Of a DNA stretch of 64,000 nt, positions 27,729 through 39,590 are shown in pieces; the stretch's first letter is position 1, and every line of letters begins with the position of its first letter. The notes below the pieces were generated by a model. It saw only the letters and a list, made by a program, of their open reading frames with translations. It did no database searches and was not told the DNA's origin. The position numbers were made by a program, and so were the translations under genes. The stretch is taken from the NCBI RefSeq assembly GCF_044704955.1, contig NC_091979.1:330646001-330710000 (forward strand), in the 5' to 3' direction. The stretch comes from Pristiophorus japonicus. Its lineage: Eukaryota.

Positions 27729-28351
27729 TGTTGTCGGTATTAGGCACCCTAGGGCAACGGCACCTGTAGAATAAGGTTAGAATTAAATATGTAACTTGTA
27801 CCATAAAATGGCTACCAGTGAAGCCTCAAGGGATTTCTGTTAGCTGAAATAGACCGCATTCCTGGAGACTGATACTTGTTGTTTCCCACACACAGGACCA
27901 GCAAGCAAGCTCTGCAGGTGTCTCTAATCAGCTAGGCCTCAGGACCAAATGTTCTAGTAACAATACGGCTCTGTAGCAGGATGGAGATAAGGAGGCTACC
28001 CAATGCCAGCATCCAAGGACAGTAAGATAAGGGAGGTCCAGGCCATGTTACAAGACACATGAGTCATCCCTAGCAACACACTCCTTGGCAACACATCTCT
28101 TGGCAACACATGAGCCACTTTACGTTTAGAGACTAATGCTATTGGTCTAATGTAACTGTAGTAAACTGTTGTATGTAACTGTAGCAAACTGTTGTAAAAC
28201 ATATAAAGATCCATGAAACCCTTTGTTCAGCGGAGAGAAGCCTGGACTCAGTTTTGTGATTTCCTCCCCGCTGGCGTAAATAAAGGCCGCACTGGCGTTG
28301 GAACTGACTCTGAGTGTTGAATGATTCTTCTGACAAACACTAACACTAACA
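27729..28351 (+). repeat. 3' LTR
   Basis: Direct repeat of 22327-22949. Confidence 0.95.
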
Positions 28352-29460
28352 GGATCCAAGGGAAACTGGCAAGTTGGATCCAAAATTGGCTCAGAGGCAG
28401 GAAGCAAACGGGAATGGTCGATGGGTGTTTTTGTGACAGGAAGGATGTTTCCAGTGGGGTTCCGCAGGGCTCAGTATTACGTCCCTTGCTTTTTGTGTGA
28501 TATATCAATGATTTGGACTTGAATGTAGGGGGCATGATTAAGAAGTTTGCAGATGATACAGCAATTGGCCGTGTGGTTGATATTGAGGAAGACAGCTGTA
28601 GACTACAGGAAGATATCACTGGACTGATCAATTGGGTAGAACAGTGGCAAATGAAATTCAATGTGGAGAAGTGTGATGTAATGCAATTCGGGAGGGCTAA
28701 CAAGGCAAGGGAATAGACAATAAATGGTAGAACACTGAGAAATGTAGAGGGACGGAGGGACGGAGTGCATGTCCACAGATCCTTGAAGGTAGCAGGACAG
28801 AGAGATGAGGTGGTTAAGAAGATATACAGGATACTTTATTTGAGTAGCCGAGGCATAGACTAAAGGAGCAGAGCGATTATGCTTGAAATGTATAAAACAC
28901 TAGTTAGGCCACAGGTAGATTACTGCATGCAGTCTGGTCACCACATTACAGGAAATATGTGATTGCACTAGAGAGGGTACAAAGGAGAATAATGAGGATG
29001 TTGCCAGAACTGGAGAATTTTAGCTCTGAGGATAGCTTGGTTAGGCTGGGGTTGTTTTCTTTGGAACAGAGGAGGCTGATGGGAGATTCAATTGAAGAGT
29101 ACAAGATTATGAGGGACCTAGATAGGGTGGATAGAAAGCACCTAGTTCTCTCAGCAGAGAGACCGATAAGCAGGGGACATAAATTTAAAGTAATTGGTGG
29201 AAGAATTAGAGGGGAGTCGAGAAAAATGTATTTCACTCAGAGTGTGGTGGGGATTTTTGACTTACTGCCTGAAAGGGTGGTAGAGGCAGAAACCCTCATC
29301 ACATTTAAAAAGCACATGATTATGCACTTGAAGTGCCCTGAGCTACAAGGCTATGGACCAAGTGCTGGACAGTGGGATTAGGCCGTATGGCTCTTTTTTT
29401 AGCTCAAGAATGATGGACACAATGGCCTCATTCTGTGCAGTAATCATCTATGAATCTATG
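28352..29460 (+). mobile_element. Degenerate CR1 LINE ORF2, 3' part
   Basis: [25 protein letters not shown] and ALERVQRR motifs, ending in a (TCTATGAA)-like tail. Confidence 0.9.
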
Positions 29461-29811
29461 ACAATCTTTCAAAATGTAATCACTATTAAATAACCCTTTA
29501 ACCTTCTCTGCTGGAAGTAGAACAATCCCAGTTTCTCCAGTCTCCACATCACTGAAATACCTCACTCTGGTAAATTTCTAGACATTCTGCTCTGCAGCAT
29601 CACCAAGGCCTTGACATACTTCCCAAAGTCTGGATTGAACTAAATTCAATCTTTATTTCTCCTTCTAATTCTCAGGATGAATGTTCTCTTCAAATTGGAC
29701 TGAGCAGTAATGTGAGTATCAGTAATTATTGAGTGATAACGACGATATAACTTGTTCTAACAATGCAGACAGTGACAGCAGCCTCTGCATGGTTCCTGTT
29801 TCAATACGGTC

Positions 29812-29848
29812 ACTGTCGCCACCTGCTGGTCATAAACATCTACTGCAG
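29812..29848 (-). promoter_or_regulatory. Candidate CTCF site (core plus upstream module)
   Basis: Minus strand reads TGCAGT-N9-TGACCAGCAGGTGGCGACAG, matching the CCASYAGRKGGCR consensus. Confidence 0.6.
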
Positions 29849-30039
29849 GCACCAGGTTTTTTGAACATGATTATTTAATTCCACACACACCTTGCATTTT
29901 CCCCAGTGACATTCACCCAGAGGAGTTTCTCAGAGCCCACCACAAGAGGGCCAAGTGATCAGGTGGGGTTAATGGAGAAAGGATACAATTAGTGTTATCA
30001 ATTCTGAGGAGGTTTTCATGGGAAGGTGTGAAGTTATAT

Positions 30040-30222
30040 AAGAACATAAGAATTCGGAGCAGGAGTGGGCCACACGGCCCCTCGGGACTGCTTTGCCAAT
30101 CAATAACACAATGGCTGATCATCGACCTCAACTCCACTTTCCTGCATTATCCCCATATCCCGTGATTCTCCTACAGTCCAAAAATCTATCGATCTCAGCC
30201 TTGAATATATTCAACGACTCAG
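30040..30222 (-). mobile_element. CR1 3' terminal fragment
   Basis: TAAGAACATAAGAA tail, and minus ORF ...ESLNIFKAEIDRFL...GYGDNAGKW. Confidence 0.75.
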
Positions 30223-30889
30223 CAGGGTTTGTGGATTCTGGTGGGTCAGATAGGTCGCAGGATCTGGGAATAATTCCCAGATTTAACCAGTCATTTGAAA
30301 TGATCTCAATATAAGCAATGAGGTTATTCCTTGCCAGTTCTAGTACATTGTTGCTGGGCAGATTTGTGCACAAATAGGTTCCATTCACAATAGGTGGTTG
30401 TAATTGGCTTCTGTCTCTGCTCAGGGGGCAGGAAACATCTGGTTGTTTTTCTGCACCGAACCAGCAGATGTTTCCTGCAAGTTACATTGTGAGTTCTTGC
30501 CCCTCCCTGATGGTGAAATTGTGGATTTCTGTGACAAAATGTGTGGGAGAGATATGGACTGTGCGTGGGTGGGATCAACCTGGAGTTAATTCTTCGACTA
30601 CTGAATCAGTAAACAACATCCATCTAAAATATATTTCTGATGGCATGACCTTAAAAACATGATGTTTCGTGTATGACATGTGCAGTACTGAATAAAATAT
30701 AATTAAAGCAATGCAAAGCTTTTGATGCATCGATTAATGAAGGACAATTCTCCTCTGGTTTGATGCTATCTGATAAAATGTAATGTTGTTCCCAAACTGA
30801 GCTTTCCGTGCTGTGTAACCGGGAAGCATGTCATCAACTCGTGTGTCCTTTTCTCTTCCATCCCACAAGCAGTTGCCGATCAGAAAAAT

Positions 30890-31150
30890 AAAGACTTGCA
30901 TTTATATAGCACCTTTCTCGACATCAGGATGCCCCAAAGTTCTTTAGAGATAATCAAGTACTCTTTGGAGTGTTATCACTGTTGTAATGAAGGGAAACGC
31001 GGCAGCCAATTGCGCACAGCAAGATCCAACTACAGCAATGTGATACATGACTAAATGATCTGTTTTAGTGAAGTTGGTTGAGGGATAAATATTGGTCAAA
31101 CACAGGGGAGAACTCCCCTGCTCTTGTTCGATATAATGCCGTGGGATCTT
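30890..31150 (-). mobile_element. Deu-domain SINE 3' half
   Basis: Reverse complement of the 14.75-14.97 kb SINE core plus tail (GACTTGCATTTATATAGC). Confidence 0.75.
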
Positions 31151-31364
31151 TGGGGAATTGGACACGGAGTAAATGTGAGCTGTTTGTGGGGAATGTAAAT
31201 CCACACACTGATTCACTTTTATACTGAATATGTTTTGGATAGACGGTATATAATCCCCAGCAGTGTTTCGGCAATCAAAGTCAAGATAATTTTGGGGAAT
31301 GGACACAAAAGACGGATTATTAATGGTTAATTATATTTTACACAGCTGGGCTCAGACAGGAAAA

Positions 31365-31460
31365 CAGGGGAGGAGTCAGTCTGCAGCTGGGGGAGGTGTG
31401 TGACTCCCAGTCCCATCTCTCTCACACACACACACAGGGCTCCGGACAGTTTAAATAGCG
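31365..31460 (+). promoter_or_regulatory. VH promoter
   Basis: TATA-like TTTAAATA at ~31450, ~95 bp before the ATG. Inverted pair GGAGTCA (31372) / TGACTCC (31401) around E-box CAGCTG. Confidence 0.55.
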
Positions 31461-31545
31461 GGACCCAGCTCCAGGTTCACAATCAGGAGGCGGTGTTGCG
31501 GCGCCGAGACACGCTCCCGAGTCAGTTACACCGAGAGACCCGACG

Positions 31546-31591
31546 ATGGGACTTGCCCCGTGTCTCTGTTTGTTTCTGGCCTGCTTCACCT
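31546..31591 (+). CDS. IgH leader exon (MGLAPCLCLFLACFT)
   Basis: ATG, hydrophobic signal peptide, phase-1 donor GTGAGT at 31592, 122-bp intron. Confidence 0.93.
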
Positions 31592-31713
31592 GTGAGTATT
31601 CCTCGCTGCTTCCGTGACACAATAGAAGGCAGCTTCAGATATTGTGTTTTTATTTCTATTCATTGATGTGAATGTTCTCCAATGTAATTACAATTTATTT
31701 CATTCACTGACAG

Positions 31714-32016
31714 ATGTCCGGTCCGATATCGTGCTGACCCAGTCGGAATCTGTGTCGAGGAAGCCCGGAGAATCTCACAAACTGTCCTGTTCAGTGAGCG
31801 GGTTCAGTCTGGACAGCTACTACATGCACTGGGTTAAACAAGTTCCCGGGAAGGGGCTGGAATGGCTGCTTGCTTACCATAAACCGTCCAGTACCATATA
31901 TTACGCGCCTGGAGTGGAAGGTCGGATCATCCCTTCAAGAACATCTTCCACAACCTACATCGAGATCAAGAATCTGAGAACCGAAGACACCGCCATGTAT
32001 TACTGTGCAAGAGACA
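31714..32016 (+). CDS. IGHV: IgH V segment (VRS-DIVLTQSESVSRKPGESHKLSC...WVKQVPGKGLEWL...EDTAMYYCARD), IgW-like
   Basis: Acceptor CAG at 31711-13, open frame, conserved Cys/Trp/YYC, followed by a 23-RSS. Confidence 0.97.
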
Positions 32017-32055
32017 CACAGCGACCTGAACACGTCCTGGGCTCGTACAGAAACT
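32017..32055 (+). other. V 23-RSS
   Basis: CACAGCG, 23-nt spacer, ACAGAAACT. Confidence 0.92.
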
Positions 32056-32414
32056 GAACCAGAGCAATTGCAGCAACTTCCATCCAATTCTAGGTCAGTA
32101 ACGGTGTAAAACATATCAAGAGATGTGTTTAACCTAGATTGGAAGAATGTATTTGCTACAGCAATAAACTGGCTAAGAATAAAATGCACATTAACGAGCT
32201 TTGTATAGATGAAGATGGTTTATGGTTACTGTTTACAGTGTCCCGGATTAACAACGAGGATTCAATGAAAGCTTTAATATTGTATCTTTGGGCATGATTT
32301 TGGTCCAATTCTGCCCTCTGAGAAAAAAATCATCAATAGATAATCAAAATCTGCTAAACCCTTCTGTTGATTGAGCGATTTTTTTCCTGCCAGCGTTAAT
32401 CAGAGAGTGAGTGC

Positions 32415-32486
32415 AGTATTTGTGCGGGTCCCTGTCACTGTGCTACAACAGTGGGAGGCACAGCAATTATTGTCAATACAAAAACC
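32415..32486 (+). other. Single D segment (CTACAACAGTGGGAGG, 32443-32458) flanked by 12-RSS on both sides
   Basis: AGTATTTGT-12-CACTGTG [D] CACAGCA-12-ACAAAAACC. All three forward frames are open (LQQWE / YNSGR / TTVG). Confidence 0.93.
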
Positions 32487-32812
32487 CCTCAGCACTAATT
32501 GAGTGAATCAGGGTCAGTGCTCGCTTTCACAATCCACTGTATCTGCAGTGAAGTCCTACTTGTGTCCAGCACTGTCCTAACAGCACAGTTTAACATGGAT
32601 TAACTGTGACAATTATTCTATGATCAGTTGGTAATTTCATGAACTGTTCACGGGTTGCTCTGTGAAATATATAACATCAGGGCATTTATAAAGAGTGAAC
32701 AATATCCATGAACACATTTATCATTTTATGAAGATCCATTTTGGTTTTACTTTGCCTCTGGGATGTGAATATTTAATCTAATGTTGGATTTCTCTCTGTT
32801 TTACGCAGTGCC

Positions 32813-32851
32813 AGTTATTGTGTGACCCAGCCCAGGGAATGTAACACTGTG
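32813..32851 (-). other. J 23-RSS
   Basis: AGTTATTGT, 23-nt spacer, CACTGTG. Confidence 0.9.
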
Positions 32852-32899
32852 ACTATCTCGACTACTGGGGACCAGGCACCATGGTGACAGTGACAGCAG
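32852..32899 (+). CDS. IGHJ: IgH J segment (YLDYWGPGTMVTVTA), IgM-type
   Basis: WGxG motif, donor GTAAG at 32900. Confidence 0.96.
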
Positions 32900-32989
32900 G
32901 TAAGAAACATTCACTCTTTCAGTAACTGTGGAATTTGTGTCTTTGTTTTATATTTCTCTTTATTTCAATAATTCATTGATTCACTGAAA

Positions 32990-34205
32990 CTTGGGTTCGC
33001 TGGGTTCTGTATTGAGATGTTTTGTTATGATTCATTTAATTCTGCTGCAATGCTTTAATGGAATGAACCTGCTTCCCCACAGAAAATGTTGTTGAGGGAT
33101 TGATCCCCAGATTGATGTGATTTGATGTTTATCTGCTGATGGGACTGTGCGCCTGGGTTACTGTAAATACCCAATGGTTGTTAAACTTTGGCGTTTCTAC
33201 AATGTTTAGTCTCCGTGACATCTAAATGCTGCATGTTTTCTGATCAAATACAAATATTATATTTAAATGTATTTGAAAAAAGATTGTAGGCAGAAAACAG
33301 AAAGTTTTAGAGGTTATAAATAAATGGAAGATATTTTATTGTGTTTTATTAAGTGATAATTGCAATGTCATTTAATGATCAAAAGTTGACCAATGCCCAT
33401 ATACGTGAAATGTTACTGTCGTGAAAAACTATATATAAATTAATATATTTGAGAATCAGATTTAACTTAATACAAATTACATTATTATAATGTAGTAAAA
33501 GCATGCAATAGCGCAACAATATCATATCAATATTAATTGATGAACATGATCCGTCTAATCACAATTCTGCTGTCATTATTTTATATTTCTATTTATTTAA
33601 ATAATTAATTCGTTCGGTGATAGACGGGTTCGCTGGATTCTGCATTGACATTTTTTGGCAATGTTACATTTGATTCTTCTGAGAGGGTTTATAGAATTAA
33701 GCTGCTTCTCCACAAACCATTGTGTTGTGGGATCCAGCCCCTCAGTGCTGTGGTTTGCTGTTTATCTGCTGAGCAGAGTGTGTGTCTGGGTTACTCTGAA
33801 TAACGAAACTTTGTGAAACTGTTTGGCTTTTGTACGATGTTTATCTCAGACATCGAACTGCTGCAGGATTTTATGATCCGTTTAAAACTGTTTCAAAGAT
33901 AATTGTAGGCAGACAAAAAATAGGTTTTATAAATCAAAAATCGTTTATAAATAATTGTCTTCATCTTATTATTTAAGTGAGAATTACAGGTTCAACTCTT
34001 AACCTATGGTTTACGGTGCATTTAATACGTGAAATGTTAGTGTAATTTCGAATTATATGACTAAACATTTGCAGGTTGAAGGGGAGTTAAATGAATATAA
34101 CTCAAACAATTATAATGCGGTAATATTGCCCAATATATCTAAATAGGCGATGGAATTAATATTCTTGCATTAAACATTATTCGCCTCCCACAATTCTGCT
34201 ACGCA
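32990..34205 (+). repeat. Old ~630-bp tandem duplication at the start of the J-C intron
   Basis: GGGTTCGCTGG at 32993 and 33626. TGTTTATCTGCTGA, TTGTAGGCAGA, ATACGTGAAATGTTA and CACAATTCTGCT each occur twice, colinearly. Confidence 0.8.
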
Positions 34206-36351
34206 CTGGTCACAATTAACGTGAGCGGAACATTTTAGAGGCTGCAGTCAATTTCTGATTATGTCTGAAATGATTTTAATAACAGCATACTGATTCCACC
34301 GCAGTTCAAGGAGGGTCTGAAATTAATTGTTATCTCCCTGTTTTACACAGATGCATGACAGATTGTATTCAATTATCAATTAAATGCGAGTTTTAAATTG
34401 CAATTTGTAAATGTCATAAATCTGACAGGTTATTAAATTCTTAAATCATGTAATTTCTTCAATTTTATTTGTTATTTCATAGCGAGACAATTATCACTAA
34501 GTTAATCTGGAACCGTTTGTAAGATGAGAGGCTGACCGGTAGAGGTCGCTGGCAGTCAAAGCATTGTTCATATGATTCTATTTAAATTCAAGGAAAGTGC
34601 AGACTGACAGACACACGACCCATTCAAATTCAAGCTGATTAATTTAATCACAAAAGGGCAATGTTAGTTTTTAATTGAATAACAACACCCTGTCTCCCAA
34701 AGCTGTGCTGTATATGGGATAGAATTATAGACAGTGAACAGGTTACATTTAAGAGTTATGTTTAACTATCATTCATGTTAAATTGATCAACAAAATCTCT
34801 CCTCCATTTGCTCATTAAATGTCAGTGCCGCAGATTGCCTGAATGATTGGTTCCCCGCCAATATTACGTTGATCATTCTGGAACGTAGTTTCAATAAATA
34901 GCTGAATATATTTAATAATTAATTTTCGGGTATTGTGTGAATTACGGGAGTAAAATATAAAAAGATTGTCTGTTATTAAATAGCGGAGTCTCTGTTACTG
35001 ACTGCACACTGGCCTTTTGCCTTTTACTTCATAAAATATATTTTATAGTTAAGATTGAGGAAACTATTTAAACTGGAGAGCCCTGATTTAGTAATCATGC
35101 GGCGTTACAGCCCACCGATAGTTAGTGAGATGTAACCACGGCCAGACTTTGAACTATTTTAAATTGTCCACTCCTAAATCCATCATGTGAAATCCACTCT
35201 GAGAAAAGATGGAGTTTATGTTGTATCAGACAGTTCAGAAACATACAGAGTTTACAAGTGTGTAGATAGAGAGCGGGAATGTTTTGGAAGCTCGTGACCA
35301 TTTTAACTTATTCAAATGCGATTTGATTCAAGTAAGCATAATAAATTAGTCTGAATGTCTTTATCTAATAATTTGATTCTTAATATTTTAACATTGATAA
35401 GTGCCATATTAATTTAAACGAAACGCTAATATTTCACACGTTACCAAGCAGAAACAGGATTAAAATGAATATTAAATAATGTTATTATAATGCAGTATTA
35501 CATCAGCTAACATCAATATTACCTTAGAGTATAATATCAGTGTGAACTCATTAACCATTAATGATCTCCCACAATTGCGTTGTATACTGGACAGGATTAC
35601 AGTTACTGCAAAATCTCTAGGATAGGAGAGAATTTTAAATTATGCCGAACATTAATTTAGTAAACAATACCTGTCTTACTCAGCTGTGTTCAGATAGATA
35701 AGATGTCGCCGCAGATTTTAATGGATTAATTTCGTGTTTTACAGGTTATATTTAATTATGAAATTATATTGAACCAGTGGGTAATCGGTTTTCAATGTAA
35801 CTGTTTCCTGGTTTGTTAACTTCCTGCTCTGACAGGGAGTCCCGATTACATGCAGCAAATTACCCAGAAATGTAAATTATTTCGATATAATCTTTTCAGG
35901 ATGTGTAAGATTGTAGAGAGGGCGGGAGAAATGATTGCAAGTAGAAGAACGTTTTTACAATTAATATCAGTTTAGTTTTAAAAACGTGCAGTTTTGAGAT
36001 GTCGGAAATTGACAAGAGATCAATTGTAAATCAGCTTCATTGAAAGTGAGAGATTGAACCGATCTATCTGCTGAGAGCACGATTGTGCCTGTTCTGTTTC
36101 TGTGTGCCTGCTCACTGTGTGAGAATCAGGAGCCCTCCTGACGGGTTGTAAACCTTCCGGTTTGTCCTCTTGTATTTCATGGAGTAAAATTCGACTCATG
36201 TATTTGAGAAGCTTGTATCTGTGAGAAATGTGACAGTTTCAGATTAAGTTTGAGGAGACACCTCAGAAATGGGACCAATAACGCATTTCGTGACATTTAG
36301 AAGCAGCAGTTCAAAAACACTTCTGTTAGACTGTAGAAGGAGTTTTAATCA

Positions 36352-36870
36352 GTTTCTAACCCGTGCTGTACCTGCCCCGGGAGTGCCTGATGGGACAGTG
36401 TAGAGGGAGCTTTACTCTGTATCTAACCCATGCTGTACCTGCCCTGGGAGTGTTTGATGGGACAGTGTAGAGGGAGCTTTACTCTGTATCTAACCCCCTG
36501 TACCTGCCCTGGGAGTGTTTGATGGGGACAGTGTAGAGGGGGCTTTACTCTGTATCTAAACCCGTGCTGTACCTGCCCTGGGAGTGTTTGATGGGACAGT
36601 GTAGAGAGAGCTTTACTCTGTATTTTACGCGTGCTGTACCTGCCCTGGGTCAGTGTGATGGGACAGTGTAGAGAGAGCTTTACTCTGTATCTAACCCCCT
36701 GTACCTGCCCTGGGAGTGTTTGATGGGACAGTGTAAAGGGAGCTTTACTCTGTATCTAACCCGTGCTGTACCTGCCCTGGGTCAGTGTGATGGGACAGTG
36801 TAGAGAGAGCTTTACTCTGTATCTAACCGGAGATACCTGCCCTGGGAGTGTTTGATGGGACAGTGCAGAG
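36352..36870 (+). repeat. ~67-bp tandem repeat in the J-C intron (~8 copies)
   Basis: Same unit as 15.8 kb. Confidence 0.95.
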
Positions 36871-37812
36871 CCCTCATTTTCCCTCCAGTTCTTTTGCCAA
36901 TTATTTTAAATCTGTGGCCTTTAGTTAACGACGTATTCACCAGAGGAAACCGTTTCTCCTGACTTGCTTTGACAAAACCTCACACAAGTTTGAATACCTC
37001 TATTAGGCCTTCCCTTAATTTTCACTGCTTTAATGCACAATTCCAGCTTTTCTAATCTTTCCATATAACTCAAGTCTCTGATCCTTGGTATCATCCTGGG
37101 GCCTTGTCATCCTTTGTAAATTGTGGTGGTCAGAATTGTATACACTACTGCATCTGATGTCTAACCAGTGATTTGTAAAGGTTTAGCATAACTTCCTGTT
37201 TCTGTATTCAAGGCCCCTTTTATAATGGCAATAACGCATACCATTTCTTAACCGCCTTATCAACTTGCCCTGCCACCTTCAAAGAGCTGTGAATGTGTAC
37301 CCCCAGGACCCTCTGCTCTGGCACCCCCTCAAATTAGTGCCTGTTAGATTATATTGCCTCTCCGTGTTGTTCCTCCAAAAGTGGATCACTTCACACTTGT
37401 CTACATTAAATTGTATCTGCCATGTGTCTGGCCATTTCACCAGTCTGTCGATGTACTCCGGAAGTCCGCTGCTATCCTGCTCACACGTTCCCACGTTGCC
37501 AAGTTTGCATCATCCGTGAACTTGGAAACTGTATTCCCTATAAACAAGTCCAGGTAATTTATATATAAAACAGGAAAAGCAATGGTCCTCATACCGACCA
37601 ATGTGCGACCCCACTTCTCTCCCGTCAGAAAAACATCCGTTCCCCACTCGGCGGTGCCTCTTTTCCCGCGGCCAGTGACATCCCCAAGTTCCCTCCATCC
37701 CTTTAGTCCCATGTGCTTCTAGTTCCCAAATAAGTATTTTAAGAGATACTTTATAAAATGCCATTTGAACATCTATATGTACAACATCTATTGCAACACC
37801 ATCATCGACCCT
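36871..37812 (-). mobile_element. Degenerate CR1 ORF2 fragment
   Basis: Minus-strand WQIQFNVDKCEVIHF and VSKFTDD motifs. Confidence 0.8.
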
Positions 37813-39590
37813 CTCTGTAACTTCACGGTGTAGACCGAGATTTCAATACCTGACCAATAAACCACAGGTGTTTGAGTTATCCGCACAAACCAGAAGCGAG
37901 AGTTCCCCATATCAGCAGTATCCACGTTAGTTACTCTTTGTCCTTCCGAGCACAGACCCGGCTGAGAACCAATCGATTTATAGTGTTTAAGGATTGTCAA
38001 TATTCGGTATTTAGAGAAGAAACCTGCCCCGATGTTTAGATTATGTTCAGTCCGAACAACAACAAAAAGTGACTGTAACGACCCAGAAAGCAGTGCCTGT
38101 TCTCACGGCGGGAGCTTGGAAAGTGATTTGTAAAATAAAATGGAGCATTTAAAGAGCATCGTTCCATATAACCGGCTTTGGGAATCGGACTTCATTCCGA
38201 TTATTGAATTGAGTGAGTGGGAGGAGGAAGGTCGGGAGACATCCAATCAGTAGCAGGGGATAGAGCACACGTCACACTGCATCGCACTTCCTCCAATTCT
38301 GAGCAGGAAAGAGATGGACCCGAATCAATCCCGATTGAGTTAAAGCTTGAATCCGAGATATCAGGCTGTGCAAAAGTTCTCGGTTCAAATCTGAGCGCTG
38401 AATTATTCAATTCACATTTTAAAGGAGACTTCAACCATTTATTGGAACGTCCTTTATTGTCCTGGGAACAAAGAAGATTTAGATGAGGTCTGATGGAGGG
38501 GTTTTGGAACGATGAAGGGTTCTATGAAGGGATTCGGGAAACATATTTCCCAGGTCGGTGAGTTGGTGAGTTAATGGCAGATTGAAAATCAGCAGCAATA
38601 GAATGAAGGGAGAGGGTATTATTGTACTATTCTACACAGGGCCTGTTCGGGCATGGGTTGTCCTATCAGAAAGAGGGCTGCATGCAGAATCCATAATAGC
38701 TTCATAAAATTGAACGTTTGAGAAGAAGATTGGGAATTGGAAGGTGAACGGGATTGGTGGAGAGATCTTTCAGAGGTGTGATAGGCCGAATAGCCTCCTT
38801 CCGTGCTGTAAAGTTGTATTATTTTATCCGTCTGGGTCATGCTTTATAAACATGCTGGGATTTAAAAAAAGTTAATACAACTGGTAGATCTTACTGTAGA
38901 AGTTGTGTGATTAGGATAATTCCCCCCACCGCTATTCAATCAAGCGCATCCCCGAAAACAACACTTGCATTTATTTAGCGCCTTTAACAGAGTGAAACGT
39001 CCCAAGACGATTCATACGAGCTTAAGGAGGTAAAATGTGACATCAGACCACATAAGGAGATATCAATTTTCTTTAGTATGGTCAGCGGTGATTCTGGCAG
39101 TTGACCAAAAACTTGGTCCAAGAGGTTAGTTTAAACAGCATCTTAAAATGGAGAGTTGACTTCACTTTAATATCATGGAATGGCCTGATTCCGTGCTGCT
39201 AATAAGATTCTGATAGCAAAAGGATGTAGGGAGGAGCTCAGAGGACATAATGTGAAATAATCTACTGTAAACATGGTTGTGGATTGAGGGGAGAGTTCCA
39301 TAATAGCAGGAAGAAGTCCACGATACAATATCCCAGCATTCACTCGGTACAAAGGGGCCTGATGGACAGAATGCCCCTTTAAGACTCGTGAATTTCCTTA
39401 GGTACAAGACTGGAGTTACGTGGAGGCTTCACGTCGGGTCTCATAACTCCGAGAAACTCAAATGTTGATGTCGGGTTTGATGGGCAAATGATGGAGTTAG
39501 TTTACTCTGCAGTGAAATTTCGAGTTGTTTGGTTATTTTATAAGCACTGATTACAGAGTCTAACTTATCCAATTGGCCAATCTTTCCCAG

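Larger units (their letters stand above)
22327..28351 (+). mobile_element. Non-autonomous LTR retroelement / ERV-like element (6025 bp, env remnant, no pol)
   Basis: Two 623-bp TG...CA LTRs, PBS, PPT, and near-perfect 5-bp TSD GGATG (22322-26) / GGATC (28352-56). Removing it restores the host CR1 sequence CCATGGGATCCAAGGG. Confidence 0.93.

Noticed and set aside
32570-32590. Possible second D (CACTGTC-CTAACAG-CACAGTT)
   Set aside because: The 5' heptamer lacks the required GTG end, and neither side has a nonamer at 12 or 23 spacing.
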